DNA of 64,000 nt from Antedon mediterranea (taxonomy: Eukaryota; Animalia; Echinodermata). This document shows positions 54,901 to 64,000 of the stretch, piece by piece. The translations under genes and the position numbers were made by a program. The stretch is taken from positions 18,848,001 to 18,912,000 of the forward strand of contig NC_092674.1 of NCBI RefSeq assembly GCF_964355755.1. Reading direction: 5' to 3'. The stretch's first letter is position 1. Every line of letters starts with the position of its first letter. The notes beneath the pieces are model-generated. The model saw nothing but the letters and a program-made list of their open reading frames with translations, was not told where the DNA came from and did not search any database.

Positions 54901-57900
54901 CCATCTAGGAGGGTTTCCATTGGTAACTTTTGTACTAAAAATACTACACAAGTTAGAAATCTTGGTGTAATTCTGGATTCTAATATGACAATGACGGCTC
55001 ATATTTCTAAAATTACGTCTGCATCGTCATATCATTTAAGAAATATTCGAGGCATCAGAAAATACTTAAATCGTGCAGCTGCTGAGCAACTTGTACATGC
55101 ATTTGTTAGTTCGCATCTCGATATGTGTAACTCCTTGTTATTTGGTCTCCCACAAAAACAACTCCACAGGCTTCAGCTGATTCAAAATACAGCGGCACGA
55201 GTTGTTAAAAAACTACCAAGATATGCACACATATCAAATACCTTGGAAACTTTGCATTGGCTTCCTGTTAGGTACCGCATTGTTTTTAAATTATTACTCT
55301 ATGTTTTTAAGTCTATTAATGGCATGGCTCCTGAATATATTTCTGACATGCTTAGGCTGTATGTTCCCAGACGGAATCTGCGTTCTAGTGATACGCTGCT
55401 TCTACATCAACCTAAGTCTCACCACTCATGGGGAGACAGAGCTTTGACCGTTACTGCTCCTCGTCTATGGAATGCTCTACCGAGCTCTATCAGATTTTGC
55501 AAAAAGATACTTTTAAAAAATTATTAAAAACACATTTATTCATTAAGGCATATGGAAATCATGAGGTTTCTTAAAGTTCTAGAATTTTATAGTATACTTT
55601 TTCCTGACCAGCATTATCTTTGGGGTGCCTCTGTCTTGGTTGTTGTCTCTGAGCACCCGGTCGTCTGTGGCAAGGCAAATGTGTATCCTGTTCCTTTGTT
55701 TGGTCACCTAGGTAGGGGTCCGGGACCGCGACAGAACGAGAACGGATGGGGACCCTCCAAAGAAATTGCATTTTATTTGTCAGGCATTTGTATGATTTGT
55801 TTTTATTTTTTTTTTAATGCGCCTTGAGCACTCTTGAGTGGTATGTGCGCTATAAAAATCCTGTTATTATTATTATTATTATTATTAATGCCGAAAGCTC
55901 CAAGAGGCCGTACAGTGTCGGCTGCGGTCCCAAAAACCACTAGGAAGAAGACAACAACGAACAAAGTGACCCCACCACTAGACTACGCCAAACTGGCGGC
56001 TGAAGTCGCGAAGGTATTGAAGGTGGGCGAGGCAACTGGCCCCATGACACCAGGCGGCAGTCCTCTAACAACTCAAGCCGCTACCACATCCTTGACTGTG
56101 GGTAATGCCACACAGGCTCAGCCATTGGACGCGTCTGTAAACGATCTCTTTGAAGGTGAGCCGTCTCGGACGACATAACAATGACTGACTCGATTGCTCT
56201 GGGCAGTAATGTGCCACTATCGGTTAAAAATAAAATATGGGCAAATGGATACATTGACCTCAGGACTCTGATCAATAACGACAATGATGCCACTGGGGTC
56301 CCGTTATCAATTATTGATAAACAACTCCGTGTAGAGACAGACAACAGTAATAAAAAGTTAATCACAATTACTGAATGGATGCGGGCAATTACAATATACA
56401 TGTCCATATTTGTGGAAAAATCGCCTGCTCAATGTTTGCCTATGCTTAAATATGTCAACAACATACTAGAATTACATGCTTTGGGGAACCTTAACTGGCG
56501 GACCTATGACGAAGGTTTTCGGAAAGCACTACAGGGCAGGCCTTTAAATTGGGATGTTCTTCACCCAGAGCTTATGTTAAAACTGGCTTCGTTAGGGAAT
56601 GCATTTCTTTCAGACCTAACTCTCGTCCACAGGGGCAGCATAACTTTCGTGGCCAACAGATATGTTTCAAATTTAATGCCGGGAAGCAATGCCACGCCTC
56701 CCACATGCCCCTTCTCACATCTGTGTACCGACTGCCGTCAACCACACCCCAGAATTCAGTGCAATAAACCACGAACGACAAGTCGTCAAACCGGCACTCG
56801 AGCAAAACCATCTACCCACGCCAGTGGTAATAAATGAGCTTTCATGGTATTTAGCAGGGTATACACACAAATTGTTTAACGAATTGTTAGTCGGTTTCTC
56901 GTTTGGATTCCGTCTCCTCTGTCTAAAGCCCCCGGTTCCGGGCATCGCCCACAACCATCCATGTGCCCCTCGATCACCCGATACAGATAGAAGAATTTAT
57001 TTCTAATGGTTTACGACTCGGTAGATTGGCTGGCCCTTTCGAGTCCCCTCCGTTTGATCAATTTATCTCCTCGCCATTGGATGTTGTTGCCAAAGCTGAT
57101 TTAGGCAAATATCGCATTATTCAGGACCTGTCGTACCCCCGGGGGCTTCGGTCAACTCAGGGATTCCACATGATGATTCACAGGTCTCCTACGACACAAT
57201 CGACGATGTAGTTAGATTAGTATTAAAAAAGGGCATTAATGTCTAAGACCGATATAGAAGATGCCTTTAGGATTATCCCTATTCACCCGGATGATTACCA
57301 TTTGCTGGGGTTTTCTTGGGACGGCAGGTTCTTTTATGACCGGTGTCTGCCTATGGGCGCCAGTCGCTCATGCAATATTTTTGAATCATTTAGTAAAGCG
57401 TTAGTATGGATACTGCGTAACAAATTTAATGTAAGGGATGTATCCCATATTCTGGATGATTTTTTCTTCGTCGGCCCTAAAGATTCTAATGACTGCCATT
57501 GTTAGCGAGTCTAGAGTCGATCGAACCCAGTTTTTCTTATAGATTACTTTTCAGGGCCTTTTTCCTTACCGCGTTCCAAGGGTTCTTCCGGATTGGTGAA
57601 TTGGCCATAGGTAAAGGGGACGCGGATAAGAAGGTCGTGCAACGCAGTGATCTATGTCTTTCTGGTAATTCAGCGTCCTTAACTATATACCCTCACAAAA
57701 CTGGCGTAGGAAGCCCCCTATCCATATTTCATTCAATAGTGCCACGGGCGCTTGGTTCTGTCCAGTAAAATGTTTACACCAAATGTTTTCGGCATACCTC
57801 TGGTCCTATGTTCCAACATATGGACGATCGGCCGATTGCGGCTCGTTTCATATACGCAAAACTAAAAGAGGCGATTTGTTTCATTGGTCTTGACCCTATT

Positions 57901-60900
57901 ATATAAAGGTCATAGTTTTCGTATAGGCGCCGCAACTCATGCTGCTTCCCTGGGTTTAGCGGAGAACACTATACAACATAATTGATGAATTATGGTGGCG
58001 CTGCCTCGTTAGCGACGTGTTTGTCCACACTCTGCATAAATGTTGTCTAAGTCGCTTTTTTGATTGATTTTTGATAATTGTTGATGTTTGACAAACTATA
58101 ATCTGTGACTTGTGTTTCTCTGTCTTGTGGATTTTTGTGACTTTTGTGTCTTCTTTTAACTTTTTTATAAAACATCTTGTGCTCTGTTTTATGTGATTTT
58201 ATTCTTTTCTACTGTTTGTGCGACAATGTTTTTAGACAATTTTAATGTGTGTACTTTCAGCCAAAGTTTCAAGACATTTATGAGTTTGACAAAAAAGTTT
58301 ATTGAATTGAATTAAACAACAATTTGGGTGATGGAATTCTAAGGCCGTACAAAATTACATAAGAATCCAATCATTTTCCATATAGAAATGCTTTCGTATT
58401 TCGGATTGTTTGAGCTTGGCCTCGCGAGACAAGTTTGTTTCTGTTGGTCCTATCTGTCAAGCTAAGCTTCAGATATTTTTCGATGTTTGTTTGTCTGGGT
58501 GGTAACCCTCTTTGTTTTTCGGGTTTGTGGCATGTTCACCCAGCAAACTTGTATTTTAATTAGCTTAAGTTTAGTAAGTCAAGTTAATCTTTGGATTCTT
58601 GATAACCATGCATATTATATTTAACATTCAATATATATTTATGTGATTTTATGTAATAACCAATGTGTTTAGTTAGTAGTAGTTATTGTCCGTACATATA
58701 CGGTACACTTGATAGGGGCAGCCCATACATTATGTATATACGTCTTAGATGGAACTAAATTAGTTATGGGCTGCCCCATTATTACTCTAGTATTATATAT
58801 GCTATTATGTGTTTCATCATTTAAATAAATAAATGACAATTTCCATCCAACTTGGTGTTATTGTATTTTTCCGTCTGGCCTCTTGCGGCATAAATGTATT
58901 TGCATCACAAATATATGTATTATTGTAAAGTAAAAATATGACTATCCATATAGACACTTAAAATATTAGATTGTTTATTAATACAAATTTATATAATTAT
59001 AGAAGCTGTAACATTTTCGTTTCTATATTAAAATTAATTTAATATTATTTGCTTTTACAATATATTGTTTAATTTTGTCACAAACTATAAAGGTATTGCG
59101 AGTTGAATGAAAGTTTATTTATCTGACCAGAGCTGGGTTGTTGCTCTAGTTGCCAAGGCAAAACCCTTTATATTATACTCATATTTTTGTTGGTAATAAA
59201 TAATATACAAAGTCACTGGGTAGGCCTACAGTACTACTAAACTCTCCCACCTCATTGTTTTTATAGCTACTGTATAGCAGAAATGTGTAGATAATCTGGT
59301 CCCCACAAACCTCCGGAACACAGACATGGAAGCCTATGTACCCTAGAGAGACAACAGAAGCATAAGCCCATTTTTTATTAAGATTAACTATTTCCAATGG
59401 AAACCAAAATCAAAAATGAATTTCTGAAATCCATCAATATTTACCTGCAAAGGTCTGCCATCTTCACTACCAATCATGTTCTTCCATTCCTTCAATGAAT
59501 TCATGAGCTTTAATCCTGATGTCTCCCACAATCGTACAATACCACCGGCATCGATAGTGACAATGCCATCATTAGTTGTACTTGCCATTGTAATGTTGTT
59601 AGCACCTCCTGAGAACCATGATACATACTGAGAAACACGTGTTGGTCTACAATCAATAATATTTAGTAACACATCAACATTACTCATTTTTAAGACTTCT
59701 TTCCTAAAATGTTCAACACCTCAAACAGTAAGGTAAATCACAAGATTTTACTCTACAAGCCTGTTTTCCACTAGGTGAATTGCGCACAAATCCAATGCTT
59801 TCGCAGAGAAAAAAACGCGTCACCCTTTCCACTTTTATTTGTGATTATCTTTCCATCATGTCTCTGCTGAGCATTTCAATTTGCATGAGTGCTCATATAA
59901 AAGTGTCATACCTTATTTCCTAATAGCTGATTGAGTGCGGAATGTTTCGCTTCGCAAAAAGTAGAAACAATTCAAACTACTAATTTTGCTGAAGCAAAAA
60001 ACTCAAGGAACTAGAATTCATTGCAGAGAGGGATTTGGAAGATGGAAATATGAATACGCATGTGTATAAGCTGACGATTTTGATTTGCACGAACACGCTA
60101 TCCTAAAAAGCAGGCTAAAACGCTTAGTTGGTGGCACAGTGGCAGTGACAAATTGAAAAGCAATAATCTGTATTACTTTACTTTTTCTTTTCAATCTGTA
60201 ATTTCACTGATTTCTGAATAATTATATACTGTAAAGTATCAATGTACAGTACTAAAATTAAAAAGGCTTAAATTATTTCAGAGTTTACTACAAAGATCTA
60301 AAGACAATGTGTTTACCTTGGTACAGGTATATACTTGACAGTGTGCCTACTGAGATCAGCAACTTCAAGGTAATTGGAAACAGATTTAGAAATGTCATCT
60401 AAAAAAATTTTTCATTAATTTAGATTTAATAAAATACTCAATTAGTAAAGATACCCAAATATACTATATATTCACTCAATAAATGACACACTATATATTA
60501 ATGCACAATAGTCACTGTAGGCCTACTGTAGTTTCAATGGGGATGTTCTCTCTGGTCAGTCTGACAATAAAAGAAAAGGTTTGCATTGTGCTCTTCAAAA
60601 TACATATAAGTAAATGATATGACTGAGCCCCAGAAAGTGCACAATGGCGTATTTGATTGGGAAATTTTTTTGTTAAATACTTTTTGTATTCATATGGTAA
60701 ATGTTACAAAATGCAAGCTTCATTTGTTCAAAATACTCCATTAATTAAAGACTGCTAATGACTAACACATGCAATATACAATATACTCATTTCATTACAA
60801 AACTTACTGCTTGGCAGGGCCTCTTTTGGTACTTTATCAGAAGGTGTGATACGTACAACCTGAGCAGACATTGGCAGGACTTGAATAATGTTGGATGGTG

Positions 60901-63407
60901 CAATAGTTACTGTAGTTTTCCTAACAAGACCATTAAGTGGGCTGGTTGCTTCACTGCTAGCATTCTTTAAAGGTTGCACAATACTTCTTGGGAATGTGTA
61001 TATGTCAACTGTTGACTGAATGATTTAGTAGAGAGAGGTTAGTATGTGTTTCATGGTTATACCTGATGATACCTACCAGCAAGATATATTTATCTTACTT
61101 CAATAAGAGATATTGCACTAACATTCAGAACATTAATATAAATAAAAAACAAATGGTGTAATAAGATATTAAGTGGACAGCTAATTCCATTCATAGAAAA
61201 TCCAGTTGGGTATAAATTTTTCCCCTAAAGATAAGAGTATCTGAGTAACAACATATAAACTATCATCATACCTTCAGATCAGGAAAGCCAACAGCAATAC
61301 TGGCAATATTACTACTGTCTGCAAATACTCTATTTGGTGACTCAATTTCTTGACCAAGTGCTGATGCTAAACCTTCTTTTGCAAGTCCTTCATTTGAAAT
61401 AGTTATGCATTGTTCACTATGTAATTGAGGACCTAAACATTGTATTACAAGTAAAGTGTAAAGAGTGAATGTTTTGGTTTTCTTCATATTGTTAATAAGA
61501 AAGGTTCAACATGTTAAACATACCAATAATTCATGATTCCGTATATACTGAGATAATATATAATTGTGCATACAATTGAGAACTGGTACCGGTTTTCTCA
61601 TTCTCAGAAATGTCCTCACTGTATTGTTTCAATTGGGCAGAATTTTTTCTGTGCCGGTTATGTTGATATTTAAATATACTTTGTATGCAAGACTTAATAT
61701 CAATGTCAATGGTATTGGTATATTAATTGTCACTACCATATGCTAATACTTTAATCTTAATTGACATTAATTGACTATAGTGTACAAAATACGAAGCATA
61801 TAATTATTAAATATTGTTTCATTCTACTAAATACTGATTTTGTTTCATGCTATTTTACCTTTTATTTTTTCTGTGGTAATAGAGTGAAGCTGACATACAG
61901 GTTCTTTAGGAGATGGTCGAGTTAAAAGGTATTTTCTGAAGAAAAACAATCCATAATTCCATCAGGTGTTCTCATGCACATATAATCAGGTCAAGTATGG
62001 CAATTTAAAATTTATATTTGTTTAAATAATGACTAAAAAATACCAAATAAAATGATTTAATTTCCATTTGTTAACATTTCAAACACACACAAAACTGTTA
62101 CAACACCAAAGTCTATCTAAAATGAACAAAACACTAATATCAATCTTTTTATCTACTTACCTGTTATCAGTTGCATCCTCAATAAGCCAAGAATCTTTTG
62201 AAGATAGATGCAAAGATTTAATGTGCACTGGGACATCAACACTATATGCACTGCCCTCTAATATGTTAACAACATATAGTATTCCACTGGAGAAAATAAA
62301 TGAGAACAAATGTGGAACTTTGTTGCTGGGTATCCATATAAAGAGAACTATACTGGTAAGGTTTTAAACAGGAAGGGGGAGTATACTATAAAAATGACCG
62401 GTTATACCATTATGAAGGGGTTGTGGGTTGGAAGTAATGGCCAGAATTTGTACTGGGAAGGTTTTAAACTAACTGTAAACCACCCCAAAGTGGGGGTTAC
62501 CATGCAGAATTGTACTAGGAAGGTACAATTTGGTACATTTTGGAATGTATATTTGAACAGCACCCAGGGAGCGGGACGCATGTTTTTTTCTAGTATAGTA
62601 TGAAATGGTCTCAGTACCTTTCTTGATAAAACACCAGACAATTTTCATGAGCCAAATGACTACACATCTTAAAGTTCTCTTGATCTGTTCCTGTAAACCT
62701 CTGTGTAAATTTTTTCTTTGCTTCTTCATACATGGATGTTAGATAGAGTCGTTGAATACTACCATTTGTAGTGTCAATGACAAGAACAACATTACCCTAA
62801 AAATTGTACAATAGATTCATTAACTCTTACACACTTTACATTGCCCCGTGACCAACAATGAAGTTTTGTAGTTTATGCCCTGGTGTGTGTTAACTCTGGA
62901 ACTTTAGTTTTGAATTAAGACCAAATTTTCCATAATATCTAAAAGAGTGTAAATCTAAGTCTAATTTTAGTACAAAAACAGTATAAATAATATATAAAAA
63001 AATTCATTAAATCTGATCTGATCATTGAAAAAAATACTTAGGCTTAACATAAAATTGACATAGCATTGTAGGTCAGTGATTGCTTGTCAATACCAGGGCT
63101 GTTTAATTTTCTACTGTAAGCCTCGCATTAAAACATGCTTTTTAAAAGGTTTAGTACTTTTTATAATTACAGTACAAGTCTTGTAAATTAAATAACTTTA
63201 AATTAATTTTCACTCTTACCTGTTCTTCATGCATTACAATTTGGCCAAGTAATGGGTGTCCCAGAGCAGCAATACGTACCATCTTGCGACTGAGACCAGG
63301 AAACACATCATACAGGTCTAAGAAGTTCATGGTAGTTCCAGCTGAATGCATTGAGTACAGTCCTACAGGGCTGCATGTAACAAGATGAATAGATTCAGCT
63401 GCCTTAT
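42947..63407 (-). CDS. VWA8: von Willebrand factor A domain-containing protein 8, last 16 exons (about 774 aa); 5' part beyond right edge
   Basis: Exons 63407-63220, 62796-62618, 62286-62161, 61935-61859, 61432-61272, 61015-60808, 60398-60317, 59646-59445, 51661-51553, 51439-51283, 50222-50114, 49519-49394, 49015-48857, 46163-46065, 45075-44837, 43052-42947. Diagnostic peptides PKHGKEDPTNEPHVGGNTWAGGTGGRDTAGLGG, MIDAS VVDVSGSMYRFNG, VLSDANFDRYGI, IPQILKQIFTSSMLST-stop. Confidence 0.95.
43370..44804 (-). mobile_element. Non-autonomous Helitron/Helentron-like element related to 16871-18374, with an internal tRNA-like module (43690-43765)
   Basis: Same architecture reversed: palindrome GGTTATATGCAT..ATGCATATAACC at 44779-44804, subterminal copy plus TAATTCGTCA/TGACGAATTA hairpin and CTAG at 43370; bodies visibly similar. 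Confidence 0.75.
45130..45590 (-). mobile_element. Second Deu-domain SINE copy, interrupted by a short L2-like tail fragment (about 45427-45550, plus strand)
   Basis: 45277-45426 is the reverse complement of the core at about 2045-2208; the A-box half resumes at 45551-45588 after an insert ending in (AAT)n. Confidence 0.75.
46682..46753 (+). tRNA. tRNA-like cloverleaf (Glu-like body, ATC anticodon), probably pseudo-tRNA or repeat-derived
   Basis: 72 nt; acceptor GCCCCAG/TTGGGGC, D arm with TGGTCTAATGG, anticodon stem TCTGC/GCAGG with loop ATATCAA, T arm CCGAG-TTCGAGT-CTTGG, T5 terminator at 46756-46760. Confidence 0.5.
46875..47990 (+). mobile_element. Decayed Gypsy-type LTR retrotransposon integrase fragment
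   Basis: HHCC finger (LHLRFDHPS...CYHCAA), core FAADVIK and IRTDPAP, C-terminal VGDLVYI...RYLVTSVDG; several frameshifts; no LTR recognised. Confidence 0.8.
48544..48685. mobile_element. Short hAT-like MITE
   Basis: Imperfect TIR CAGGACCGTAGC / GCTACGGCATTG; no clean 8-bp TSD. Confidence 0.4.
49134..49340. mobile_element. Non-autonomous DNA element with about 15-bp subterminal repeats
   Basis: About 9 GGACAACTACCCC-like units followed by 3 inverted GGTAGTTGTC-like units. Confidence 0.7.
50940..51125 (+). mobile_element. Helentron-associated-like short element with (ACAA/ACAG)n microsatellite
   Basis: TTTTTGAGTAATCCTGCTAAC-(AGAC/AAAC)n-...CTTCCTTGGCGGAGGTAA end; family assignment recalled from similar elements. 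Confidence 0.55.
52234..52839 (+). pseudogene. SGNH/GDSL hydrolase ORF of the YR retrotransposon, one nonsense codon
   Basis: Blocks GLVGHSF (I), SRGGA (II), YL*END (III; GGA>TGA at 52450-52452), SDGVHLN (V); otherwise one continuous frame of about 200 codons. Confidence 0.85.
52873..53290 (+). repeat. 19-bp tandem array TTGCCTTCGGGCCTTATGT, about 22 units
   Basis: Read directly; unit variants recur with a 172-bp (9-unit) period at 52913 and 53085. Confidence 0.95.
53497..55887 (+). mobile_element. 5'-truncated L2/CR1-group LINE inserted in the YR element
   Basis: DKHAPLK..PWYT linker, NYRPVSNL, FQSAYKAHHSTETAL, LLDLSAAF, PQGSVLGPQLF, YADDTQIY, LHWLPV; frameshifts; 3' stem-loop GCGCCTTGAGCA..GTGCGCTATAAA plus (TTA)n tail. 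Confidence 0.92.
55888..56837 (+). pseudogene. gag-like ORF1 of the YR retrotransposon (frameshifted)
   Basis: MPKAPRGR start, KNKIWANGYIDL, NWRTYDEGFR and a C-terminal double zinc finger (CFKFNAGKQC..CPFSHLCTDCRQPHPRIQC) across frames. Confidence 0.8.
56800..57500 (+). pseudogene. Reverse transcriptase of the YR retrotransposon, truncated after the DD motif
   Basis: LPTPV, GFSFGFRL, GRLAGPF, YRIIQDLSYP, KTDIEDAFRIIPIHP, LPMG, HILDDFFFVG; RT thumb and RNase H are missing. Confidence 0.88.
57500..58380 (+). pseudogene. Tyrosine recombinase catalytic domain, interrupted by an insertion
   Basis: AFQGFFRIGEL (catalytic R), KGHSFRIGAAT (HxxR), and after the insert QQFG*WNSKAVQNYIR (W, Y). Confidence 0.85.
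57979..58313 (+). mobile_element. Short retroposed insertion inside the YR gene
   Basis: Flanked by ACAACA on both sides; ends AAAAAGTTTATTGAATTGAATT; removing it restores the YR frame. Confidence 0.7.
59758..60116. mobile_element. Degenerate MITE
   Basis: Imperfect TIR AGCCTGTTTTCCACTAGG / CCTAAAAAGCAGGCT. Confidence 0.45.
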
Positions 63408-63882
63408 CTATAATGTACCAATAATAAAACATGTACATTCACTATTACGATTTTGCTGTTCCATACATGTAGGTTTACAAAAGATTTGTTTTTTACGTTT
63501 GCATCAAGAGGAAGAAAACAAATTGCTCAAATGGCCCATATGATGAGGATTTATAATGATGGTACTGTACGTGAAGTTATATAAATAGATTTTTTGAGTT
63601 TTTTTGTTGTTAAAAAGCGGTCCTTTAATTTAATGAAGCAATTGATTTTACCAACTTAAAATAGTAATCTTTGTGGAATTTATTGTAATTATGGTAGATG
63701 TAATGATTGAATTCCCTGTTTTAAATACACAATAACCAGGTGCACGTACAGTGCAGCAGGTGTACCGTAATTTTTAATTTATTATTATTATTAATAAAAT
63801 AATTTTTTATATTTGAATTGTTCGGAAAACCTCCAACAAATTTAAAATTACAATAATCTATAGAATATTAAATTATTCATTT

Positions 63883-63973
63883 GACCATGTATGTATGTCT
63901 TTACCATGCTCAGACCATGTATGTATGTCTTTACCATGCTCAGACCATGTATGTATGTCTTTACCATGCTCAG
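63883..63973. repeat. 30-bp tandem repeat, 3 copies
   Basis: GACCATGTATGTATGTCTTTACCATGCTCA x3. Confidence 0.9.
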
Positions 63974-64000
63974 TTCAATAAATTTTGTTTTAAATATATG

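Larger units (their letters stand above)
52042..58895 (+). mobile_element. Tyrosine-recombinase (DIRS/Ngaro-group) retrotransposon, decayed, in a VWA8 intron
   Basis: 17-bp inverted ends ATTTATGCCGCATGAGG / CCTCTTGCGGCATAAAT enclose SGNH, gag, RT and YR reading frames on one strand. Confidence 0.88.

Noticed and set aside
55834-55887. Poly-Leu signal peptide ahead of gag in the ORF track
   Set aside because: It is the (TTA)n tail of the L2 insertion.
62310-62603. 97-aa plus-strand ORF in a VWA8 intron as a second nested gene
   Set aside because: Alternative start codon, degenerate internal TACTGGNAAGGT repeats, no domain or promoter support.

Overview
AT-rich, intron-dense animal genomic DNA. 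A marine invertebrate, possibly an echinoderm-like deuterostome, is inferred from Deu-domain SINEs and abundant TAGGCCTA. All exons were traced by eye with GT-AG boundaries and frame checks. Three conserved genes: USP9X/FAF deubiquitinase (minus strand, ATG 30375, 38 coding exons to 56, continues off the left edge); a complete 4-exon AADAC/NCEH1-like lipase (plus, 38404-42492); and the last 16 exons of VWA8 (minus, 63407 to stop at 42947). A fourth, unexpected gene is nested antisense in a USP9X intron: a 2-exon type I membrane protein with a cysteine-less Ig domain (13044-14591). Introns are full of mobile DNA: a decayed tyrosine-recombinase retrotransposon (52042-58895) with an atypical ITR-SGNH-UUCG hairpin array-gag-RT-YR-ITR layout and two nested retro-insertions, a Gypsy integrase relic, LINE fragments, Deu-SINEs, Helentron-like elements, MITEs and minisatellites. 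One minisatellite has multiplied a USP9X exon end with its splice donor nine times. No database searches were possible, so family names come from motif recognition.
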